Assembly (NCBI GenBank): GCA_015059375.1
Contig: SVAN01000005.1
Span: 1 to 56,026 of the forward strand
Length of the DNA stretch: 56,026 nt
Source: Bacillota bacterium
GTDB taxonomy: Bacteria > Bacillota_I > Bacilli_A > RF39 > UBA660
Reading direction: 5' to 3'
Shown here: one piece after another, positions 1 through 9,687 of the stretch
How the letters are laid out: the number at the start of each line of letters is the position of its first letter
Numbering within the stretch: position 1 is the stretch's first letter
Translations under genes and position numbers: made by a program
The notes under the pieces: generated by a model
What the model was told of the DNA's origin: nothing
What the model saw: only the letters and a program-made list of their open reading frames with translations
The model's database searches: none

Positions 1-120
1 TTATTGGCGAGAACTTTATCTCTAAAAGACCAACGTTATCCAATCACTTCAATCATAATAAAAAGAAGTGCAACAATCAACTACATTTCTGTAATTAATT
101 ATTACACTTTTATAGTACCA

Positions 121-146
121 AAAAGACGTTTCTAAAACATCTTCTT
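121..146 (-). terminator. Intrinsic terminator after gap
   Basis: Minus strand reads AAGATGTTT-TAG-AAACGTCTT-TTT and overlaps the gap stop codon. Confidence 0.6.
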
Positions 147-1136
147 CGCACATCTAAGCATTTGAGCAGTGTATCCATATTCATTGTCATACCAAGCAAT
201 GACTTTGACTAATTGTTTGCCATCACTTTCAACAACAGAAGTGGACAACCCATCTACTAATGATCCATACTTTTTGCCTATTATATCACACGAAACAATT
301 GGATCAAATGTTATTTTTAAACTTTCATTTTCATTCAATTTAAATAAATTATTAATTTCTTCTTTGGTCACGTTACGTTTTAATTCAAGAGTAGTATCAA
401 CAACAGAACCATCAGCTACGGGAACTCTAAAAGCTATTCCATCAAGTTTTCCTTTTAATTCAGGAATTACTAAGCCAATTGCTTTCGCCGCGCCCGTAGA
501 TGCGGGAACAATATTTTCAGCGCAAGCACGACCTCTTCGTGAATTAATACCTTTTTTATGATTATTATCTAAATTAACTTGATCAGATGTATACGCATGA
601 ATTGTACTCATATAACCTTTAATTATTCCTATATTATCATTAATAACTTTTAATAGTGGTGCTAAACAATTTGTTGTACAACTTGCAGCGCTAACAACTT
701 TAGCATCAGCCGGGATTAAATGGTCATTAACTCCTGCAACAATTGTTGGCATTTCATCTTTTCCCGGTGCTGATATCAAAACTTTTTTAGCTCCTGCTGT
801 AATATGTTTCATAGCACCATCAGTACTCGTAAAAGCACCGGTACACTCTAAAACCAAATCTACGCCTAAACTAGACCATGGCAAGTTGACTGGATCTGCT
901 TCAGAAAATATCTTAATCCTTTTTTGACCACAGATAACTAACTCGTCATTATCAAAACTAATTTCATCCTCATGAAAAGTACCGTGTATAGTGTCATATT
1001 TTATCAAATAAGCAAATTCTTCTGCATTAGCGCCTAAAGAATTAATTGCCACAATATCAAAATCAGTAGACGTTATCATTTGCCTAAATGCTATTCTTCC
1101 TATTCTTCCAAAACCATTAATTGCAACCTTAATCAT
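132..1136 (-). CDS. gap: Type I glyceraldehyde-3-phosphate dehydrogenase
   Basis: N-terminal INGFGRIGR, catalytic ASCTTNCL and C-terminal WYDNE motifs. Confidence 0.98.
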   Translation of the reverse strand: MIKVAINGFGRIGRIAFRQMITSTDFDIVAINSLGANAEEFAYLIKYDTIHGTFHEDEISFDNDELVICGQKRIKIFSEADPVNLPWSSLGVDLVLECTGAFTSTDGAMKHITAGAKKVLISAPGKDEMPTIVAGVNDHLIPADAKVVSAASCTTNCLAPLLKVINDNIGIIKGYMSTIHAYTSDQVNLDNNHKKGINSRRGRACAENIVPASTGAAKAIGLVIPELKGKLDGIAFRVPVADGSVVDTTLELKRNVTKEEINNLFKLNENESLKITFDPIVSCDIIGKKYGSLVDGLSTSVVESDGKQLVKVIAWYDNEYGYTAQMLRCAKKMF

Positions 1137-2778
1137 TATTATCTCCTCCTATAAATTCTCTTAATATTGAATCGTTTGGTATATATTCACTGCTTATGGT
1201 AAAAAACTGTTTCATAAAACTTAGTAATCTTCTAGCTTCATTGTAATGATCCGAATCACTTGGAATTGAAAACAGCAATGGTTCTACATAAACTTTTAAA
1301 GCCCCTACTTCATACGCAAGTGATGTGTTAATTATTTTATCTGCTTGATTGATAAAGGGAATTACATGTTTGTTTTCGCCAGCTTTTACTTTAATATTAT
1401 GTTTTATTACCCCTTCCGGATTGAAACCTCTGGTTCTAAAGTCTCGAACAATCCGACGAATAAGTCTTAAATCTCCGCAGGATATGTAATTATGCTCATC
1501 TAAACACAATGGAATATACGGACTTACATATATCTTATATTTAATTGAATTAGGAATCATTGGCAGCAGTCGATCATTAATAGCATGTAAGCCTTCAAAA
1601 ATAATAATACTATTTTCTTTTAACTTAATCTTTTTACTCGACAGTTCTTTACGACCGTTAATGAAATTAAACCGCGGCAAAAAAACTTCTTCTCCATTAA
1701 ATAGTTTTACCACATCTCGAGCTAAATATTCTAAATCGATAGCCTCCAAACACTCAAAATCATAGTCTCCATTTTCACCCCTAGGTTTTTTATCATTATC
1801 ATGGAAATAATCATCAACCGATATTGTAATGGGATCTAAACCATATATTTCAAAATAATTGGCAATTCTTTTTGTTACAGTTGTTTTACCACTTGTAGAT
1901 GGCCCAGCTATCATAACACATTTGATATTTGAATTATGTGATATATATTTAGCAGCTTCATTGATTTCCAAATTAAAGTTTAGTTCACAGGACTTAATAA
2001 AATTAGCAATTTTACCTTTACATATTTCCGCATTTACATCATTTATGTATGGGACCTTCATAATTTCAAGCCACTTTTTTCCTTTTACATAAGAATCAAT
2101 TACACCTTGATAATCAATATATTCAGGAAGGTTTCCTTGATCACTGACCGTAGGATAATTAATAGCCACTAAGTTTTTCCCTAAATAATGAATGCTATAC
2201 GTATCAATTACGCCAGTAGAATATGGCATCTCGCTATAGTAATAATTAATTAAGTCGTCTAAGCGATATAGTACTACGGTTGAATCAACAATATTACGAA
2301 TGTTATCCGCTTTTACATTATTTCCTAATTCTTCATAATATGCAATTCCGTCAGCGTTTTTAACAATTAACTTTTCAATCATTTTATTACTTTTAATAAT
2401 ATTAGACATAGATTCAAGAACAACGGAAATATCGTCATCATTTAAATCTCTATTGTACACTAACTCTGCTATTATACTTTTTGGTAAGCTATAAGAAAAC
2501 TCTACTTTTACATCTGGAAGAACTCTTTTTACCGCATATTCAAATATCATTTTTAGTCCAGCGGTATAAATTCGATTTCCATTGGTACTTGTGATATCCA
2601 AAAATTCTACTTTTCCGCTTGTTTCAGCTTTATCATATAATGAAATTATTTTGTTATTAACCATTGCTCCAACAATCTTATGGGGCATATTAAAGCTTTT
2701 ACTAATCTCATAATATGTAGTATATTTTGGAAATTTTTTTTTGCTTCCATCATTATAAATTATTTCAATTTCATTCAT
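1129..2778 (-). CDS. Uridine/nucleoside kinase family protein with N-terminal TGS/ThrRS-like domains
   Basis: P-loop GPSTSGKTT and uridine-kinase-type DDY and IIFEGLH motifs in the C-terminal half. The N-terminus resembles the ThrRS TGS/editing region. Confidence 0.8.
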   Translation of the reverse strand: MNEIEIIYNDGSKKKFPKYTTYYEISKSFNMPHKIVGAMVNNKIISLYDKAETSGKVEFLDITSTNGNRIYTAGLKMIFEYAVKRVLPDVKVEFSYSLPKSIIAELVYNRDLNDDDISVVLESMSNIIKSNKMIEKLIVKNADGIAYYEELGNNVKADNIRNIVDSTVVLYRLDDLINYYYSEMPYSTGVIDTYSIHYLGKNLVAINYPTVSDQGNLPEYIDYQGVIDSYVKGKKWLEIMKVPYINDVNAEICKGKIANFIKSCELNFNLEINEAAKYISHNSNIKCVMIAGPSTSGKTTVTKRIANYFEIYGLDPITISVDDYFHDNDKKPRGENGDYDFECLEAIDLEYLARDVVKLFNGEEVFLPRFNFINGRKELSSKKIKLKENSIIIFEGLHAINDRLLPMIPNSIKYKIYVSPYIPLCLDEHNYISCGDLRLIRRIVRDFRTRGFNPEGVIKHNIKVKAGENKHVIPFINQADKIINTSLAYEVGALKVYVEPLLFSIPSDSDHYNEARRLLSFMKQFFTISSEYIPNDSILREFIGGDNND

Positions 2779-2886
2779 TGACTAGTCCCCTTATCTTAAA
2801 AATTATATCATAAAAAAAATATTTTTAATATATTTTATGAATAAAACCTAAACAATAACTCTATTATATTTGTAGGAGAGATTTTT

Positions 2887-3456
2887 ATGAATATTGTACC
2901 AATGGTTTTAGATAGTAGTGCAACAAAAGAATATGCATATGATTTATATTCTTTACTTTTAACTAAACGAATTATTTTTATTACGGGCGAAATTAATGAT
3001 ATTAACGCAAATAGCATTATAGGTCAACTGCTATACTTAGACAGCCAAAACAACAATGACATATTTTTATATATTAATAGCCCCGGTGGAAGTGTAACCG
3101 CTGGACTTGGCATTTATGATACGATGAATTATATAAAAAGTAATGTTATAACGATTGGATTAGGAATGTGTGCAAGTATGGGTGCTTTTTTACTTTCAAG
3201 CGGTAATACAAGATATGCTTTGCCTAACTGTGAAATCATGATTCATGAGCCGTTGGGAGGGGCTTCTGGCCAAGCTACAGATATAAAAATCTTAAGTGAT
3301 CGAATCTTAAAAGTAAAAAAGAAAATTAATACAATACTAGCAAAAAACACCAAAAAATCAATTACCAAAATTGAAAAAGATACTTTTAAAGATAATTATA
3401 TGGATGCACTGGAAGCTAAAGAATATGGATTGATTGATGACATCATAAAAAAATAA
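2887..3456 (+). CDS. clpP: ATP-dependent Clp protease proteolytic subunit
   Basis: YINSPGGSV, CASMGAFLL (Ser), MIHEPLGG (His), D-x-YM (Asp); RBS AGGAG upstream. Confidence 0.97.
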   Translation: MNIVPMVLDSSATKEYAYDLYSLLLTKRIIFITGEINDINANSIIGQLLYLDSQNNNDIFLYINSPGGSVTAGLGIYDTMNYIKSNVITIGLGMCASMGAFLLSSGNTRYALPNCEIMIHEPLGGASGQATDIKILSDRILKVKKKINTILAKNTKKSITKIEKDTFKDNYMDALEAKEYGLIDDIIKK

Positions 3457-3462
3457 GAATCT

Positions 3463-3753
3463 TTAATCGATTCTTATAATTAATTCGCCTTCTGAAGAAT
3501 ACAAATATTTTTCTTTAGCATATCGAGCTACATAATTAGGATCTTGCATTTTTGTTACCTCACTAGATAAGGATGCATACTCATCTAATAAATTTTCATA
3601 TTCACTAGTTAATAAACTAGTTTCTTTTTTGTTTTGCATTATTTTCATAAAATCAGTGTAAAGACTTCCAAACAAAGAAACTAACAACACAACAATTGTT
3701 ACCGAAATAAATACTAGTCTTTTCTTTTCTTTTCTAGTTCTACCCTTAGTCAC
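3463..3753 (-). CDS. divIC: Septum formation initiator DivIC/FtsB family
   Basis: Basic N-terminus, one TM helix, coiled coil and YVARYAKEKY motif; follows yabQ. Confidence 0.9.
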   Translation of the reverse strand: MTKGRTRKEKKRLVFISVTIVVLLVSLFGSLYTDFMKIMQNKKETSLLTSEYENLLDEYASLSSEVTKMQDPNYVARYAKEKYLYSSEGELIIRID

Positions 3754-3777
3754 TTTTGCCCCACCTTATATATAATA

Positions 3778-4095
3778 TTATATTTCTCTTTTTTTGATGT
3801 CAATTAGTTTCTGTTTAATTGTCAAAAATTTTACGTGTTTTTTTACAAAATATGCCAAGTAGAACCCTAATAAAAAAGACAAAAGATAATAAATATGAAA
3901 TATACCATAGTTGATTTTATAAATAATAATTAGATAAATAATTGTTAAATCAATAGAAAAAAGCATAGTTAAAAGTACTTTGACTAAGAGCGTTTCATTT
4001 TTAATGAAAAAATAATTTAAAATAAATAATAAAAACGACAAATTACCATAAAAAAAATTAAAGATTACTAAAAACAACTGTAATTGTGCGCTCAT
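3778..4095 (-). CDS. yabQ: Spore cortex biosynthesis protein YabQ (short, membrane)
   Basis: Hydrophobic; QLQLF...FFYG and INYG.FH.Y patterns; located between yabP and divIC. Confidence 0.7.
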   Translation of the reverse strand: MSAQLQLFLVIFNFFYGNLSFLLFILNYFFIKNETLLVKVLLTMLFSIDLTIIYLIIIYKINYGIFHIYYLLSFLLGFYLAYFVKKHVKFLTIKQKLIDIKKREI

Positions 4096-4370
4096 TTAAA
4101 TAATTTAGCAATTAAACTTTCTTCTTTTTTCTTTGCTAATTTTTCAATATAATTATACCCTATAATTTTACCTTTAATCCTGATTACACCATCTTGTGTA
4201 TCTAGTGATAACAGCTCTAACCCTTCACCTTTAATGTGAATTGGTCCCATATTACTTTCTAATATAAATTCTGAACTATCAAAGCTAACTATCTTACTTA
4301 CACCCGTTAACGATAAAATACTCCGATCAATCATTTTTAATTCATGCGATACATTATTTTTTTCGTTCAT
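4092..4370 (-). CDS. yabP: Sporulation protein YabP
   Basis: H.LKM.DRS.LSLTGV..IVSFD...F.LES.MG...IKG..L YabP/YqfC pattern. Confidence 0.92.
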   Translation of the reverse strand: MNEKNNVSHELKMIDRSILSLTGVSKIVSFDSSEFILESNMGPIHIKGEGLELLSLDTQDGVIRIKGKIIGYNYIEKLAKKKEESLIAKLFK

Positions 4371-4416
4371 ATATCCTCCGGTTAATTATATGTTTCTAAA
4401 ATAATATTTATACAAA

Positions 4417-4438
4417 ATAAAAAAGCGATTTCTCGCTT
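4417..4438 (-). terminator. Intrinsic terminator after spoVG
   Basis: Minus strand AAGCGA-GAAA-TCGCTT followed by a T run. Confidence 0.7.
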
Positions 4439-4712
4439 ATTCTGTTTCTTCAACATTTGTCGGATTATTATATTCTTCTAAAATCTTATCCTCAAATAAT
4501 TTTCTTGTTTCAGCGTTAATTGGATGTGCTATATCTTCATAACGATCATCAGCAACTTTACGACTAGGCATTGCTATAAATAACTTTTCATCGCCTTCAA
4601 TAATACGGATATTTCTTACAACAAAACAATCATCAATTGTTACTGTTGCGTATCCTTTCATACGAGATCCTTCTCTTTCAGTTTTGTGAACTTTAACAGA
4701 TGTAATTTCCAT
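4437..4712 (-). CDS. spoVG: Septation regulator SpoVG
   Basis: MEITSVKV, FVVRNIRIIEG, LFIAMPSRK and DIAHPIN motifs. Confidence 0.97.
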   Translation of the reverse strand: MEITSVKVHKTEREGSRMKGYATVTIDDCFVVRNIRIIEGDEKLFIAMPSRKVADDRYEDIAHPINAETRKLFEDKILEEYNNPTNVEETE

Positions 4713-4730
4713 TTACCTCACTCCTTCTTG

Positions 4731-4739
4731 TTATCCACA
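4731..4739. promoter_or_regulatory. Perfect DnaA box just downstream of a putative sigA promoter of spoVG
   Basis: TTATCCACA. The minus strand reads TTGAAA-17-TAAAAT, 5 nt, TGTGGATAA, then the RBS. Confidence 0.45.
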
Positions 4740-4782
4740 ATTATATTTTATCTTATTTAATATTCATTTTCAAGATATATTA

Positions 4783-4995
4783 TCATAAAAACTTCACATT
4801 GATGTCTTTTGTAATGACATCTCGATAAGCAAAACTTTTTTCTTCATTATCATATAATATTGTAAAAATATTAGGGTAAATTTTATAAAGCAGTCCCTCA
4901 TACCGTTCAATTTTATTCCGTAACCCGTAAACGGTAACTCTGACTTTACTTCCTATTTTTTGACAAAGTTCTTTTTTAACAATTTCAATATTCAT
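4783..4995 (-). CDS. veg: Veg family protein
   Basis: IG..V......R.K....EG.L...YPNIFTI and SF.YRDV.T pattern; follows yabG. Confidence 0.92.
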   Translation of the reverse strand: MNIEIVKKELCQKIGSKVRVTVYGLRNKIERYEGLLYKIYPNIFTILYDNEEKSFAYRDVITKDINVKFL

Positions 4996-5771
4996 CTTGG
5001 AAACCCCACATACATAAGGCCATTAGTAATAATTCCCCCAATACCATCAGATCCATACTTAGTTTGTCTTAAAACATTAACAATATCAATTGAATTATTT
5101 CTCTTAGTTAGAGCAACGTTAATAGCTATAATGGCTGGGTCTAACGCATGAATATTTACACGCTTAGGACTGGAAGCAAAATTTGCTCCTGCCTTAATAA
5201 GCTCTTCATAATCACTTTGACATGCCCCCGCAATAATAACTAGTTTTTCTTGACTCTTTTCATATTTTCGAGCGGCCTTGATTGCTTTTATAAAGTTTTT
5301 CGAGTTTTTGTAATTATTTATATCATCCTTTAATCCCTTTTTTTGATAATATGCATCATGACCAGTTATAATGACAATATCTGGACGGTATTCTTCAAGC
5401 AATTTTGTTATTTGATTAGCAATTTCTTCTTCATTAATTTTTTTACCAATAGCCAAAACGCCATTTTCTTTATAGAATTTTAAACATTTCTCCAAATACT
5501 CACTGTCACCATCAATATGAAGAATCTTACCTGGTAAATAAAAATAATCATCTCTGTTACCAAATTCCAAAGAACTTTTATCTACTATAAAATCATCTTC
5601 TGTTTCATCAACTTTTTTTAAATCAGATAACTTACTATCTGCATAAAGTCTAACAAATACCCCTTTTAAATAAACTTTATCATCTGTTATTTTTAAAACC
5701 TTAAACACCGTATCATTGTTATAGGACTTACGAGTAACATAATTTCCTACTTCTATATTCAAATATATCAC
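4992..5771 (-). CDS. yabG: Sporulation peptidase YabG
   Basis: VTRKSYNND.VF, PGKILHIDGD..YL, ITGHD, IAGACQS and ANFASSP.RVNIHALDP motifs. Confidence 0.97.
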   Translation of the reverse strand: MIYLNIEVGNYVTRKSYNNDTVFKVLKITDDKVYLKGVFVRLYADSKLSDLKKVDETEDDFIVDKSSLEFGNRDDYFYLPGKILHIDGDSEYLEKCLKFYKENGVLAIGKKINEEEIANQITKLLEEYRPDIVIITGHDAYYQKKGLKDDINNYKNSKNFIKAIKAARKYEKSQEKLVIIAGACQSDYEELIKAGANFASSPKRVNIHALDPAIIAINVALTKRNNSIDIVNVLRQTKYGSDGIGGIITNGLMYVGFPR

Positions 5772-5816
5772 CGCTATTATATTATTCGCAAGAATTGATT
5801 TTATGAAAAAAAGAAC

Positions 5817-6605
5817 CTAATTTTGGTTCTCAAATAATTTTAGATATATTTCAATAAATAGTTCTTGAGTAATCTGTTCAGCTCGTACATTTTCATTTAA
5901 CTTGTTTGCCTCTAGCACTTCTTTAATGGTTTGCCAATTATATTGCGAAGATAAATTATTTTTAAGTGTTTTACGTTTTAAACGAAAGGCATTTTTCAAA
6001 AATGAAAAGTATTTTTGTTCATTAATATAAAACTCATGATACCGTGGTTCTAATTTAATTACCATACTGTCAACTTTCGGGATTGGATTAAAATCTTTTT
6101 TTGGGACAAATATTTCTGATGTAACATTATAATAGTAATTTAAAAATAAAGTCATATAACCATAATTACTTGAACATGACTTGGCACTAAATCGGTCAGC
6201 TACTTCCTTTTGAACCATAAATACCATTTGATTAATATTCAGACCACTTTTAATTAAATGTTCTAATATTGGACTTGTTATATAGTATGGTAAATTTCCA
6301 ACAATATACAAATTATCGTATTGGTAATTCTGCACTATTGTTTTTAAATCAACTTTTAAAATGTCTTCATATATAATTTTACAATTTTCACTTTCAAATT
6401 TTGATAATACAGGCTTTAAATCCTTATCAACTTCGATACATAATAGTCGCGAAGGTAATTTAGACAACTTTTCAGTCAAAGCACCTCGACCTGGACCAAT
6501 TTCAATTATCAAATCGTTTTCTGTTACATAAAATAAAGATACTATATTTTCAATAATAGTATCATTTATTAAAAAATTTTGACCCAACGATTTTTTAGCT
6601 TTCAT
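5817..6605 (-). CDS. rsmA: 16S rRNA adenine dimethyltransferase
   Basis: AKKSLGQNFL, EIGPGRG and GNLPYYIT motifs. Start placed at the ATG at 6605; the ORF track begins at 6617. Confidence 0.97.
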   Translation of the reverse strand: MKAKKSLGQNFLINDTIIENIVSLFYVTENDLIIEIGPGRGALTEKLSKLPSRLLCIEVDKDLKPVLSKFESENCKIIYEDILKVDLKTIVQNYQYDNLYIVGNLPYYITSPILEHLIKSGLNINQMVFMVQKEVADRFSAKSCSSNYGYMTLFLNYYYNVTSEIFVPKKDFNPIPKVDSMVIKLEPRYHEFYINEQKYFSFLKNAFRLKRKTLKNNLSSQYNWQTIKEVLEANKLNENVRAEQITQELFIEIYLKLFENQN

Positions 6606-7134
6606 GTGTCCAACCAAATCTTAGTACATCATATGTAATTGAGCTTCTGCCAATATATTGTGATGCATATTCTTCACTAATAGATAAAAAATCAATCGCA
6701 TTACCTAAAACTCCGCGATCTAATACTATTGCATATACTGGAGTCGTAGATATTCTATCAGAATTAAAACGTATAATAGTCCCACATGGTAAATTAGCAC
6801 TGGAAGCAACTATGTTAACAATTCCATATTCATCATCTGGATAAGTAATTGTCCCATCTTTAATATTATAATTACTCATACAAGCTAAATGCCCAGTACA
6901 AAGTGGACAATTATAAGCATATCCTGTAAGATCGCCAGTAAATGTATCTTTAGCACCATACAAAGCATCATAGTTAAATTCAGATATTTTTAATGCCATC
7001 GTTGATACATTAACCGCTTTATTTAAATTATTATTATTAACATTGGCTTCAATAACTTCATTATTCGAAGAACTAATTATTACAATAAATACTAACATCA
7101 AGGTTTTACATAACTTAAATATTACTTTTCTCAT
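6595..7134 (-). CDS. Exported 3D-domain-like (YabE/Sps-like) putative cell-wall protein
   Basis: N-terminal signal or anchor; LTGY, LPCGT, VLDRG and NAIDFL resemble 3D-domain motifs; occupies the yabE position between tatD and rsmA. Confidence 0.6.
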   Translation of the reverse strand: MRKVIFKLCKTLMLVFIVIISSSNNEVIEANVNNNNLNKAVNVSTMALKISEFNYDALYGAKDTFTGDLTGYAYNCPLCTGHLACMSNYNIKDGTITYPDDEYGIVNIVASSANLPCGTIIRFNSDRISTTPVYAIVLDRGVLGNAIDFLSISEEYASQYIGRSSITYDVLRFGWTHES

Positions 7135-7168
7135 ATAACCCTCTCACAAATACGGAAAAATTATAGCA

Positions 7169-7927
7169 CTAAAGCTGTATCTTGTCAAAAATTGACATAA
7201 CATTTTCATTGGTAATTTTTGAGATTTCTTCAGAACTTAATTCAAGATATTCTTCTAAAAAGCTTACAATATGTTTTATATTTCCCGGGAAATTTTTTTT
7301 ACCACGATAAGGGACCGGGGTTAAATATGGACTATCTGTTTCTAATAAAAAATTTTCAATTCCTAAGGTACGCACAACTTCTTTAATGTGCGCATTTTTA
7401 AATGTTACTACCCCGTTAATTCCTAATTTATAACCCATTTTAATATATTCTTTAGCAGTTTCAAGCGATCCCGAAAAAGAGTGAATAACACCTTTTAATT
7501 TATATTTTTTTAAAATATTTAAAGTATCCTGCACAGCATCCCTACTATGGATAACAACTGGTAAACGATATTTTTCCGCAAGCTCTAGCTGTTTACAAAA
7601 TAACTCAATTTGCCTTTGCTTGTTATAACCATCGTAATGATAATCAAGTCCAATTTCACCAATCGCTATTACTTTCTTATTTTGTAAATTATTTTCTATA
7701 AATTTAATATCACTTTCCAAATAACTATCTTCGTATTCCGGGTGAATACCTAATGTTATAAACATATTATAATGCTTATTACTTAGAGCTAAAATTTCTT
7801 GGTTCGTTTTCATGTTAACACCAGAATTAATTATATAATCTACTTGATTATTATGAGATAACTGAATTATTTCATCAATATTATCATAATATTCTTCATA
7901 TAGGTGCGCATGGGTATCTATAACCAT
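7169..7927 (-). CDS. tatD: TatD family deoxyribonuclease
   Basis: IDTHAH, GIHP, IGEIGLDY, IHSR and LETDSPYL motifs. Confidence 0.96.
   Translation of the reverse strand: MVIDTHAHLYEEYYDNIDEIIQLSHNNQVDYIINSGVNMKTNQEILALSNKHYNMFITLGIHPEYEDSYLESDIKFIENNLQNKKVIAIGEIGLDYHYDGYNKQRQIELFCKQLELAEKYRLPVVIHSRDAVQDTLNILKKYKLKGVIHSFSGSLETAKEYIKMGYKLGINGVVTFKNAHIKEVVRTLGIENFLLETDSPYLTPVPYRGKKNFPGNIKHIVSFLEEYLELSSEEISKITNENVMSIFDKIQL
7280..7293. promoter_or_regulatory. Noc binding site (NBS) within tatD
   Basis: Perfect palindrome ATTTCCCGGGAAAT, matching the B. subtilis NBS consensus. Confidence 0.8.
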
Positions 7928-9453
7928 TATTTGTCTAACCTTTCAAATAATATTTCTGGATTATTTACTTTATTTCCAGCTTCATATGAACCAAATTTTT
8001 TACAAGAATCATAATTCGTTTGTTTTGTATTAATATTATTGATAATTTTTTGTGATGTTTCAGGTATAAATGGATACAAAAGAACTGAACAAATTCTGAT
8101 AGATTCGATTAAATTATATAATACAGTTTTTAAACGGTCCTTTTTAGATTCATCTTTTGCTAAAGTCCAAGGCATTGTATCATCGATATATTTATTACAT
8201 TTGCGTAAAACATTAATTATACATTCTAAAGCTTCTCCGACTTTATACTCATTCATTTTATTTTCAACATCGGAAAGTAATGACTCAACACTTGTAATTA
8301 GTTCGTGATCTAAAGGTTCTTCAACTTTAGGATTACTAACAATACCATCAAAATACTTATTAACCATGGAAACAGTTCTTGTTACTAAATTTCCTAAAAT
8401 GTTAGATAAATCAGCATTAGACTTTTCAACCAACAATTCCTTAGTTATTGTACCATCATTAGCGTAAGGAATTTCATGCAAAAGATAATAGCGAACGCGA
8501 TCAACACCGAATTCATTAACTAAATCATCAGCATATAACACATTTCCCTTGCTTTTACTCATTTTGTCGTTATCTGAAAGCAGCCACGGATGGCCATAAA
8601 CGGTTTTAGGAAGAGGTAAATCTAAGGCCATTAAAATAATCGGCCAATATATAGTATGAAAGCGAATAATATCTTTTCCAATTAAATGTAAATCTGCAGG
8701 CCAAAGCTTAGAAAATTCATCAGTAGAACCATTAACATCATAGCCGATATTTGTAATATAATTAGAAAGTGCATCTATCCACACATAAATAACATGGTTT
8801 TCATCAAAAGTAACAGGAATGCCCCATTTAAATGAAGTTCTCGATACACATAAATCTTGTAGTCCTGGCTTTAAAAAATTATTTACCATTTCATTTTTAC
8901 GAGATTCAGGTCTTATAAAATCAGGATGAGAGTTAATATATTCAATCAGTTTATCTTGATATTTAGAAAGTTTAAAAAAGTATGCTTCCTCCGTCTTCGG
9001 AGTCACTTGCCGTCCACAATCTGGGCATATGCCGTTTTCTGCTTGCGTTTCTGTCCAAAATGATTCACAAGGAACACAATATAATCCTTCATATTCACTT
9101 TTATAAATATCACCTTGATCATATAGTTTTTTAAAAATTCTTTGTACTACTTCTTTATGATGCTCATCAGTTGTTCTAACAAATCGGTTATAAGAAGTAT
9201 TCATAATATCCCAAATACTTCTTATTTGAGCTGCTACATTGTCTACATATGCCTGAGGTTTAATACCAGCTTCATTAGCTTTTAATTCTATTTTTTCGCC
9301 ATGTTCATCTGTACCAGTTTGAAAATATACCTCATATCCAGCGAAACGTTTAAATCTAGCAATTGCATCCGCTAATACAATTTCATATGTATTACCGATA
9401 TGCGGTTTTGATGACGTATAAGCAATTGCAGTACTAATATAAAATTTTTCCAT
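7927..9453 (-). CDS. metG: Methionine--tRNA ligase (short form, no C-terminal tRNA-binding domain)
   Basis: PHIGN (HIGH-like), GTDEHG, YVWIDAL, IGKDI.RFH and KMSKS motifs; 508 aa. Confidence 0.97.
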   Translation of the reverse strand: MEKFYISTAIAYTSSKPHIGNTYEIVLADAIARFKRFAGYEVYFQTGTDEHGEKIELKANEAGIKPQAYVDNVAAQIRSIWDIMNTSYNRFVRTTDEHHKEVVQRIFKKLYDQGDIYKSEYEGLYCVPCESFWTETQAENGICPDCGRQVTPKTEEAYFFKLSKYQDKLIEYINSHPDFIRPESRKNEMVNNFLKPGLQDLCVSRTSFKWGIPVTFDENHVIYVWIDALSNYITNIGYDVNGSTDEFSKLWPADLHLIGKDIIRFHTIYWPIILMALDLPLPKTVYGHPWLLSDNDKMSKSKGNVLYADDLVNEFGVDRVRYYLLHEIPYANDGTITKELLVEKSNADLSNILGNLVTRTVSMVNKYFDGIVSNPKVEEPLDHELITSVESLLSDVENKMNEYKVGEALECIINVLRKCNKYIDDTMPWTLAKDESKKDRLKTVLYNLIESIRICSVLLYPFIPETSQKIINNINTKQTNYDSCKKFGSYEAGNKVNNPEILFERLDK

Positions 9454-9469
9454 TTTATTACCTTCTTTC

Positions 9470-9660
9470 CAAAATAAAAATCATGAACTAAAGGACGAGC
9501 TAGCCCGCGGTACCACCTTAATTCATGATTATTCATGCACTTATATGATAAGGGAATTACCCACAAAATACTCAAAGCTCACTAAATATTCTTTTTTATT
9601 TTCTTCCACCAACCGAAAACTCTCTATAAAACAGACAATATTTATCTTCTTTATCACTGC
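9470..9660 (-). promoter_or_regulatory. T-box leader upstream of metG
   Basis: Minus strand shows AGAGAG, GGTGGAA, GA-motif flanks, AGTA, CCCTTATC and the T-box AAGGTGGTACCGCG. Confidence 0.85.
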
Positions 9661-9687
9661 ATTTGTAAGTAAATATTATCACAACAT

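Noticed and set aside
1-80. Possible riboswitch leader on the minus strand (GAGATAAAGTTCTC, fluoride-like) behind a TTGATT-17-TATGAT promoter
   Set aside because: The conserved UGR of the fluoride riboswitch is UAA here, and the 3-prime half and downstream gene lie outside the window.
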